The notes beneath the pieces were generated by a model. It searched no databases. It was not told where the DNA came from and saw only the letters and a list, made by a program, of their open reading frames with translations. Below are positions 1 through 9,988 of a stretch of DNA of 64,000 nucleotides, piece by piece. How positions within the stretch are numbered: position 1 is the first letter of the stretch; the number at the start of each line of letters is the position of its first letter. The translations under genes and the position numbers were made by a program. The DNA is taken from positions 1,034,995 through 1,098,994 of the forward strand of contig MU058645.1 of NCBI GenBank assembly GCA_013265495.1, read 5' to 3'. The DNA is from Vicugna vicugna (taxonomy: Eukaryota).

Positions 1-2463
1 ACCTGCCAGCGTGGCTGGAGAGCTCACAGCATGTATCACTTGCATCACCTTTGGGTCTAGTAGGATGAGAAATGAAAAAATACTTAAAAATGGGAGTGGT
101 GTGGTGACCAACTCCATTTTTCAAGGTTGTATTATTATTCAGATTAAATTTTCCTTTTTCTTTTCGATTTTTCCTTTCAGTTAGCTCTGTTTGACATCGT
201 CTTGAAGAAAGGAGTACTTCTCTTTGAATTTAGGGGACACAGTGGTAAGAAAACAATGATTTTATTCCCCAGTATTTCCCTTAATGATGCTCACTGTTTC
301 TGGCCACAAATCATTGCATGTTTACTCAAATGTGGAGTTCCGTAGATAAAAATACTGTGTATGTATTTCAATCATTAGAAGAAATTATACTTCCTGGCAA
401 TTACTTCTCATTAGTTTTAGTTCAAATACAATCTATGGTTTGCGATTCAGTAATTTTTCTTTGCTGTAAATTCTCTAGGTCAGAGCTGAGGGTGGGGGCG
501 GAGACTCTTCGGTGGAGGATAAGAAGCAGTTCAGAACAACCGGGGTTAACGCCTCTCTGAAGGAGTCAAGGTATTTTACAAGGCGTTCTTGGCATTTCTT
601 AGTACAGGCAGTCGGCAGAGTCCACGTCAGCGATGTTTTCTTTGCATGGTACAAAATCTCTTTGTCAGATAGTCTCAGAATTCAGTGAAAATGCAATGCC
701 CTTTCGAAGACACAGAAGTAAAACTTATCCCACACTTGTGTGTGTGTCCACGCCGGGTTGCTTTGATTATGAGCTCCAAGAGCCATGAGAAACATTTGAT
801 TCATTTTAAAACCAACACTGACACTTAGTGATGTCAGACCACGCTCAGATGTGATATCAAACTTTCCATTTCTTAGGTTTTCCCTTTGAATTAAAAACCC
901 ATTTTCCTGCTAAAAGCCCCCCAAACTGATGCTTGAATAATAGTTTAGGGTGGGGCATTTGTACGTGTGACTTGTTTACCTGGTTTTTGGCCTGACACAC
1001 CTAACCTGGAGCTTAGCTTCTCACATTCTTAGCTTAGGTGTTTTCATAGGTATCGTGTTCCACCCACTAACTTCAAGTTTTCCATTTTCCCACCATCTAG
1101 AAATCTAGGATAAGTTTAACCTTTGAGTAATTTTTTCAGTGCTCTTTTACATTAGTGAGAAAACAATGGGTAAGAGCATTATTAATATAAATAACTTACT
1201 TAAAATGTACTCAAGGCAGCTTTCCACCAGCACTACCTGTCTGTCCTAATTTTATAGAGTAAATCACTTAAAACACTGTGATAAGAGTGGGTTTTAAAAT
1301 TCAGGGTTCCAGCACAGCCAAGATACTTAATTCATTCCCAACCTTGACAGAAGTTTTGAGTTAAATGAGTGATTATGAAATTTAGTATCAACCCAAATAG
1401 TTCTGCAAGAAAAGATTTGATTAATTTGCAAATATTTTCTTCTTCTAATATTTTGCTTTTAAGCATTTCCCAATTTTTCTTAGCATTCAGTTAAGTAACC
1501 AGAGCATACGCTTTCTAAGAAAACAGAACCACAGCAGTTAAATTTTCATCGTAATTTTGAGATGCTCTCTGAAATTGTAACTGCTGTAAAGCACATAAAA
1601 ATAAGCACTTGTATCATGGTCTGTACTCTCTCCCTACCTCACAAAATAGCACTTAACTGGAGAATCTCATTTTAATATGTTTTCTGGAGAAACATGATCC
1701 CCAATTTACAATCACTATTGTTTTAGATGTGGGATATTTTTAAATGTTCAATGAGCTTAACTGCTTTCTAATAAGACCACAAGGAGTTACTCCATAGAGG
1801 TAGCAGATAATTATAAAAAACGCATTCAGAAGGAAACTGAATGTCATCTAGTCTCTCCACACGACAGAACTTCCTAAATACTAAGAAATGTATAAACTAT
1901 GGTAGCCTAATTTATTTAGAAACCCTATTCATCCGATTTTGGGGGGAGGAAAAACATTAAAACCTGTTTTACATTATGCCTTTTGAGAAGCTAGTTTGGT
2001 GTTTTGAAGAGTCAAAATTGCCATTCTGTATCAGGAGAGGCAACACAGATGCCCACGGGAACCAGGGAGGTGGGGAGGAAAGTAAACCAAAACCAAGTAG
2101 GAGATCAAATCCAGGCGTGAGCGAGGGGCAGTGAGGAGGGGCGGGTGGTTATGAACTGGGGAGCACCTGGTTGAAAAGGGACAGTGGAATTCCTTGGGTT
2201 CAGCTGGCGGCCACCTTAGGCACATGCAGGCTTCAGCTTTCTAGGTAACTTGGTCTTTGAAGAAGTATAGACTTTGTCTTAACAGTGGCCTTTTAAAATC
2301 TTCACCAGTGCTGGCGGCAGCGTACAGGCCAAACCGAACACCAGCTGTCGGCTGGTCTCCTGTGCCGCGGCTCCTCCCTCGGTGAGCTACTCTTAGGAGG
2401 ATGTGGAGAGGATCCTGCCGGGAAAGCTAAGGTTCTAGAGAGCGATCAGAAAGGAGTTTAAGA

Positions 2464-2533
2464 CTGTGCTCTGCACTGGAATTTGACACAACATTGTAAT
2501 ATGACTGTAACTCAATAAAAAAAAAATTTAAAA
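2464..2533 (+). mobile_element. Severely 5'-truncated L1 3' end (~70 bp) with polyA tail and 14-bp TSD
   Basis: ...gacacaacattgtaa...ctcaataaaa(A)n; flanked by AAAGGAGTTTAAGA (2450-2463) and AAAGGAGTGTAAGA (2534-2547). Confidence 0.85.
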
Positions 2534-3112
2534 AAAGGAGTGTAAGAAATGTGGAGATTTTATGAATGAGTAAGAAGGACTGAGAAATTGAAGGTGCAAG
2601 GGAGTGCTAACACCTTAGTGTCAAGATGGAACCTTTGAGAAAAGCTTTCAAAGCACTGGTATGTTTCACCAGCTCTCCTTTGTTCAAGAATTAATTGATG
2701 ACACTCACCCTTTTCATACAGCTGACAGGGTCAAAATTTGGTCAGCACTCCTTTCCTTTCTCATGTCTGAAAAACCACGTACAAATCGTACCTGAGTTTC
2801 TCAGAAACAACTACTTCGGATGCATGTCCAGCTGAGAGACTTGGTAGGACGTCTGTTTACTGATTTCCTTTACGAGTCACTGAAATCAGGGCAAACATCG
2901 CAGTCACCTTCTAGTTAAGCTCATTAGTGCTCCAGAACATCAAACATTGTTTTCTCTTAAATAGTGTCAAAAGCACTAATAGAAATGAAAAACGGCAATG
3001 TGCCTTCCTTATTCTGACCTTTACACACATGTGGTCTGGGGCAGGGACAGAGGCAGCATCTTCAGCAGCAGGGGGCCCGAGAGGATGAAGCACGTGCACT
3101 TTTTCCAGCTGG

Positions 3113-3118
3113 TTTATT
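3113..3118 (-). terminator. Candidate distal PAS for an extended QKI-5 3'UTR
   Basis: AATAAA with UGUA ~10 nt upstream and UGUAUAUA at 3192-3199; base composition changes just downstream. Confidence 0.4.
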
Positions 3119-6100
3119 GCACTTCATGTACAGTCATACGTGGTTCTCCATTCACATAAGATTTGGGCAGACCTATTCCAACTCTTCTCTGTATATACAA
3201 TGTCCACAAGTAAAATTCTAAACGTTTTATACACACCACTACAATATAAACCATAAAGGATGTATTTGGTAATCAAAACTTCTCAATGATAGCATTTTTT
3301 AAGATACAAATTTGTTTTTTACCCTGGGAGCTGTGCTTTTTCCAGTGTGGTGTCTTTTGCCAAGAAGGGACAGTAAAATCGTAAGCAATGAGAAATCAAC
3401 ATTGTGTTGAGATCAACTCTGTGTCGCTACTTGCTGCACCTACCATCCACTTTCACGGTGAATTAATTCTTCCTTCTCTCCCACCCCCTGCATTAGTGCA
3501 GCAGAAACACAGAAAGGAGTACTACGCTGAGGTGAACCAGTTTGATTCAGCATTGAGTACCAGGTATGAATATCATTTTGTTAAGTCTCTTCATAGCAAA
3601 GGCATTTCAATTTAGGTAATTTTATATTAAAGAACCCACAGATAAAATCATGTGTGTGCCATACGAACATTTCTAAAAGTAAAATTGTCTATAAAATACT
3701 TTTTCCACTTTAAGTATTAAGGAATTTGTAACAATGTTTAAAAATTACCTATGTACTTAGAAAGTTTGTCCAAGAAGTTTTGAGTGATTTTTGTTATTAA
3801 ATAATGGATTATGATTTAGCAATACATTTCATTTCTACTACAAAGCACTTGCTGGGACTATTACAATAGCTAACTGTTATTAACACACTGATCGCCCGCT
3901 GTGGATCGGGTGCCCTGAGGAAACACAACTGTCACCCAGATTTGGGTGACGTGGTGGTCAACGTGTTAAGGAATGAGACATCCCAAACACGCAAACGACC
4001 CCCTCCCCCACAAACTGGAGACAACTTAGACTGTTGTATGTAAAAGAGTTATTTAGACTTAGTTGGTAAAGAAGATTCAAGATTTGGTAATAAGCAATTT
4101 AATTTAAACGTACTGTCTGCTTTTGGTGTACTAGAAAATTGAAGATCCTTTGTATTTACCTAGTATTTATTTAGAAAACGTTAACCACCTACTTATTTTG
4201 TATAAAGACATGCCCATCTTGGCTTTATAGGCAGGGCGCTGCAACTGTCCCTGTAAGTGGGCTCTGCCACACGTGGAGTAAGTACTTGGGCACGTGTTGT
4301 GTATCGACTTTCATGTTACATTTTTCTGGACATTTTGCCCCCCAAAAATATGCCTGATTACTAAGCACGTTAACTTCAACAATTTCTCAAAGGCTTAACT
4401 TTCAATTGCTTTGTCAAATAATAGTATAAAACAATAAAAATGATTCTGGCACTTTAAAATCATTCTAAGCAGCTGGTGATTTTGTGTTTAGTACTACTAC
4501 AACCTTAATAACAATGGGATTTGTAATGTTATTTTGAGCTTTTTAAACTGTACTCTTCTAACATAAGAGGTGGCAAGATGACATATCTATACATAAAAGT
4601 ACCCTTGACTGAAAATGAGATGAGACTGCATTCACAGGCTTCAGAAAATGTGGAGTAAATTGCATAGAAATTCTTTATCAGTTTCAGTGACATGTACCAT
4701 GATGACTTGTGTATTAGCAGCTCAAAAGACATCCTCACAATTTTACAGAATAGTATATATGAACTGTATGGCAACATGAACTTTTACAGAGGGTAGCATA
4801 TTAAAGCTCTGTCTACCGAACGATAATACATGCCCCCCTCCCCACGTCAGAGGAAATATATTTGTTCAATCCAGAGGACTGTCTCAGTTATGATTAAATC
4901 AGATGCTGTCACTATTCTACGTACTTCATATATGTATGTATATTATACTATGGGAATACTTTGACAGTCTGATTGGTTAATAGCATATTGGTATAGTTAA
5001 TAGCATATTGGTAAAGTTGTATCTTCTACAACATACGACTCAATTCAGCCCCAAATTTTAGAACTTTAAAATAAATAAAATGTAATTTACAAAAATAAGG
5101 CATTATTTACAAATGCAAAAACTCATCCTGAGAATTTTTTTTTTTTACTATCCAGAACTGTTTCACAGAAAAGGAAATTACCAGTGTCTGTGAAATAAAA
5201 ATGCACTCCTAGAGAACTGATAAGTAGAGATCAAGTGACATAGGGTGCAGCCAAGATAAGCAGGAAGATATTTAATAAATCTTCCTCAGTTGACTTGCAT
5301 GCAAACAGTAATGTGAAACTTTCCAAACGCCAGCATTCTTCTCCCTTAAACTTGGGTTACTGTTGTATTCTGACTGTATCTGGGAGCAGGGTGAGAGAAG
5401 GCAGCTCAAGTCAACGCAGTTGAGCGCCTGCTGAGGGTTACGCGGGATGGGTGCGTTGTTACCACCCGCTTGCCCTGGACTGTCCTGAGACCCGGTGCTG
5501 CTCAACCTTCAGCTTTACCTGTGTTCAGCGCCCATCAACAGGAGCAGCTGGCTAGAACAGTTCAAAACTTTATGAAGGAAAAATGTCCAATTAAAACACA
5601 GATCTGAATAAAGATAAAACATCATCGGATTCTTTGCTTTATAATGTGACGAAAGTATCCATTTATAGGAATTTCAAAGAATGGTTCAACAAAGAATCAA
5701 ACTGGTTTCTCGGATAACATCATTTCCACAAATCTCTTTACTCTTTATGCTGTGAGTAGACAGTGATTAATTTGGAGAAGGAAAAATAAGAAAGTGTGGA
5801 ATTAGTAATGCAGAGGTTGAAAGGCAAGTGGCAAGACCAGAAGAAGACTGCCTCCAACCATCGCGACTTTGTTCCCATCTCGACTGGCACCTACTCCCCA
5901 CAGGTAAAAGGCCAGAATGACCAAAGCCACTTTAACAGTAGTGTGCGGAATTGTCAGCTGACAAACAACATAAAAACAAGTCACGCTATGTTATCTGTGG
6001 TCACGTTCTTCAGGGTTAGTCCAGTAATTCAAGACTTTACATTCTTTTGTCTTTATTTGTTTATTTAATTAAACACGTAAAGGTTAATAAACAGACGTAG

Positions 6101-6129
6101 TCCAGAGTTAGTAGGTTGGTATTATAACA

Positions 6130-6135
6130 TTTATT
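6130..6135 (-). terminator. Polyadenylation signal AATAAA, likely main QKI-5 site
   Basis: tttatt on the + strand; GU/U-rich sequence downstream (GUCUGUUUAUU, GUGUUU); size consistent with QKI-5. Confidence 0.65.
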
Positions 6136-6933
6136 AAAATAATGCTATGGGTTAATAGAAACAGCAAAGAACCAAAGAATTAAAATGCAAGCTATGTAAA
6201 ATCCCAACTAAAACCCAAAAGTGTCTAATGTATTCATTCATTAGCTAACTAAAAGCCCAAGAAAGACAAGACACCCAATATAATAAAGTACTGCAAAACA
6301 ACTGGCAATTTTCAGTTATCAAAATTGTGGATTTTGCATTTTGTATCCTTTTTCTCAATCAAGAAAAAAATTCTTTTTGAATGTTATATAACATACATAT
6401 AAAACAAGATAGAAAAATACATTATAAACTTGTAACAATGGCTGTAAATACATTATCTTACATGTTTCTCATAGGCAATAGGTTGGTTATGGTACATACA
6501 CAGCATGAAACTACTAAGATAATAAAGAACAGACAAAAATACATGTCAGCTGTACGGTAACATACAAGCGACACTCCCATCTACCACGCTAAAAAATTAC
6601 ATAATACTGTCAGAAAAAAAGTCTTAAAAACTACATATTTTAATAAGAAATAAATTCAATAAAGAATGATAATACTGAGAACCAAGGCATTCAGAGATTC
6701 CAAAAGTCATGCTTTAGTTGATCCAAAATTTTGTCAACCAAGTTTTCAAAAGTTTGTTCATAACCAACATTACTCATAAATGTCACACATTTATTTCATA
6801 CATTTACTTTCTTCCCCATAAAAGACCTTTGATAAACATCTAAAATGTCCAGGTATAACATAGTTGAGATGAAACTGGATCAAATACTGGTATTGTTTTT
6901 AAACTATCACCTCAAGTGTTCGAGTGTCGCAAA

Positions 6934-6939
6934 TTTATT
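6934..6939 (-). terminator. Candidate proximal PAS in the QKI-5 3'UTR
   Basis: AATAAA preceded by a U-rich stretch; usage not demonstrable from sequence. Confidence 0.35.
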
Positions 6940-9227
6940 CAACCAACCAAACAAAATAAAAATCAAAATGGCACAGCGTATATTGTAAATAAATCAAAAC
7001 AACTGTATGTGTAACGGAAAGACAAAGCAGTGGCACATTAAACCAAAGCTAGCTGAATACAAAATGAATGTCTATTGCATAGTAAATAAACTGAAAATGG
7101 TTTCCAAGTGAGACAAGATGGAGGAGGAGGTCACCACGAAGGTGCTTACTGAGCTTACTGCTGAGCTGTGAAGCTGTGAAGGTTTGCAAGAGGGAAGGAG
7201 TTGATGAGCTGGGGACCCACTGCCACCTGGTATTTGCCACATCTGGTACCAAGCAGCTAATGATTACCTAACAGTTTAGATGTAGGCTTTGTGCACAAAT
7301 CGCTTCAACTACAAAACTAATTGAACTTCATGAGAAACTGGAAGTTTAAAGTCACATGTAGTTGAGCATTTATATGCACAACGATGCTAGTTTTTCACAA
7401 CCTTTTAAAGTTACCAAAAAAAAAAAAAAAAAAAAAGGAGGATGTATGTTGGGGTGGTGGGCAGGGCAGCTTAGGTTACTAAAACCAGCAAAGAGATGGA
7501 CTACCCAAGTGGTCTGGAAGGGCAGAAACAAGTCTGATTAAATCTGGGTCATTTAAAAACTCTGTTTCCCAGAACAAAGGTCACAAAGCTTCAATTCTGT
7601 GAAAAAGATTGCTAAGTATACTGTTACCGCCAATTAACAAGAAAAAAATCCAACACCCGCCCCCACCCCGCCCTGAATGAAATAAATCTCTAATTTTGCC
7701 TGAAAACTGATGTTCAAATTACACGTAATTTTTATTTCAGAATCCTTTGGGCTAACATTAAATATTGCAATAACCGAAAGCACTCACTTACGCTTTTAAA
7801 AGAATGATGTTTTACAACTTATGTGTTAGGCATTAGAAAAGTTATCAAATTTTTTCACAGTATCAGATTTGGCAAATTTATATCAAGGTAACGTGGCAAA
7901 AATCATGTAAGTCAAACCATCAACTCATTTGTCTCCCCTCATATCTTCTTTCACATACTGGGCGACTGAGGAACATGCATTAACTTGTATTCTGAGGGAG
8001 GAGCTGATCTTACGAGACACTTGACTAAATGACCATGAAGGAAAATAAGGCACTTTCTTTTCTTTAGACTTATTCCAATACTTAAAAAATAAAAAAGAAA
8101 GACAAAAAGGCTCTTTTGGTCTTTTGTTTCTTGACAACCACCAGAAAAAATCATTTAATGAAATAAAGGGTTTCTTTGTTCTTTTTCTTTTTTTTTTATA
8201 ACACTTGAAAGTATAAAATGCTACATTTCCAAAAATATATATATTTTTTCTGCACCAGCACCCTTGTATAGTAAAAGTATCTACTTTTTGTTCATTTGTT
8301 TCAATGCACTACACTTTATCTACAATTTCATTACATGTATACAGCAAATAGGCAAGCATGGCTTTTACATCCTTAATGATTTTTTTTCTATACAGGGAAG
8401 TTTAAAAAAAATATTTGAACAGTTTGCCCAGTAATGTGACACATAATGCATGTACCTTGTTCTCGCATATTTTTAAGGAGGTGTAAAATAAAGGTTCAGT
8501 AATTTTAACTCAGATATTTATCTTTTTAAAAATAGTGTTGCAGTTTTGTTCTTTGAATTACTTTTCAAAATTCCTCGTTAAGTTTCTCTCTCACGGCACA
8601 CTTCTAACACTTCGAGTTTTGGCAGGCGACATAAAGAAGGCTGCGGCGTCTGCCCTCTGAGGGCGCTGTAGTGACTGACAGCATATCAAATTTTGAATAC
8701 TTTTTGAAATCGCTTCACCAATGACATCCCTGACCAAAGGTTCATGCATGACGCATCATCACACAGTACATTCAGAGCGCCTGACTCGCTATGAGGAGGA
8801 AGATTCCTAGCAGTCTCTCCCAGTGACCGCCTCTGTCACTGAGCAGTTAGGGCCATCGGTCTCCCCTTCTGAGTGAGGCCTTCTTACCATTCGCTTAGGG
8901 CGGGACACTGACAGATGATCAGTGCTGTGGGATGAATTGGGCCTTATTGCTTTACTACTGTTCAGTGCAGGTTCTAGAACCACTTTCACCCAAACAGGAA
9001 AAAAAAAAAAAACACAACACAAAAAAACCCCCAAAAAACAAAAGCTGAGTTGGAGGACAACAATTTCTTTGTCTTTTGTTTGGTTAGATGGTAAGACGAA
9101 CGGACAAGTGCCTCAGCTCGCTGCACTGACGACAGGCAAGCAAAGGCGATTACCAGTTAACTGATCAGCAGGCAGGCATGGTCAGGTCATCATTGGGTGA
9201 AGAGTTCAGAGGTCAGAAGGTCATAGG

Positions 9228-9244
9228 TTAGTTGCCGGTGGCGG
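9228..9244 (-). CDS. QKI: QKI-5 exon 8 coding part (A)ATGN*
   Basis: Acceptor ccacccag at 9246-9245; CC GCC ACC GGC AAC TAA completes ...TADRAATGN*. Confidence 0.96.
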
Positions 9245-9256
9245 CTGGGTGGTTAG

Positions 9257-9470
9257 AAACAAAAAAACAAAAAACAAAAAACAAAACAAAAAAAAAACAA
9301 AAAAAAAAAAAAAAAAAAAAGAAAAGAAAAAAAAAAAAAAAGANNNNNNNNNNNNNNNNNNNNNNNNNNNNNNNNNNNNNNNNNNNNNNNNNNNNNNNNN
9401 NNNNNNNNNNNAAAAAACAAAACAAAAAAAAAACAAAAAAAAAAACAAAAAGAAAAGAAAAGATAGAGAA
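9257..9470 (-). repeat. Very long U-rich/polypyrimidine tract before QKI exon 8, containing a 68-N assembly gap (9344-9411)
   Basis: A-rich low-complexity run with Ns on the + strand. Confidence 0.95.
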
Positions 9471-9982
9471 GAGATTAGTTTCAGCTAGTGACGGCTTAAT
9501 GACAACATGAAAAACTAATCACAACTAATAAAAAAAAAGCATGTTTAATTCTGACAAACTGATTGACACCATCTACAGAATACAATAAAAATCATGACAA
9601 TTTCGTATCATGATTTGAACAAATGAAGGAGAGCCCACTCCCACAAAAAAAAAAACAAAAACAAAAACTGTTAACAGGAAAAAATAGAAATAAAATACAA
9701 CTAACAACTAACAGTTAGTAGCAGTCAATGAAGGAAACTGGAAAACAACAATGAATAGGCCCGGTGTACAGAATTCTGAAACAGTCAGCGCAGTTATCAG
9801 TATCTGACTGCTATTAAGCATTAGTATTCTCTCAGATGCAAGCATTAAAGCAACTATTAATGATGGATGTGATTAATAACTGATGATTAACAGAAATGAA
9901 TCTAAAGAAATTTAAATTTCTATGAACAATTTGGTTCAACATAAACTCTGGGCCAAACAAGGTTTCTTTTGTTCAATAAATG

Positions 9983-9988
9983 TTTATT
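9983..9988 (-). terminator. Polyadenylation signal AATAAA for QKI-6/QKI-7 (inside QKI-5 intron 7)
   Basis: AATAAA with UGUAAAUA upstream (10005-10012) and UUGUUUGG downstream; implied mRNA sizes fit. Confidence 0.75.

Larger units (their letters stand above)
6115..9227 (-). other. QKI: QKI-5 3'UTR (main ~3.1 kb form; longer forms possible)
   Basis: Follows the QKI-5 stop; transposon-free and U-rich; ending at PAS 6130-6135 gives an mRNA of about 5 kb. Confidence 0.75.

Noticed and set aside
9221..9510. Poly-Lys/poly-Phe ORFs
   Set aside because: Artefacts of the A/T tract and N gap; only 9228-9244 is coding.
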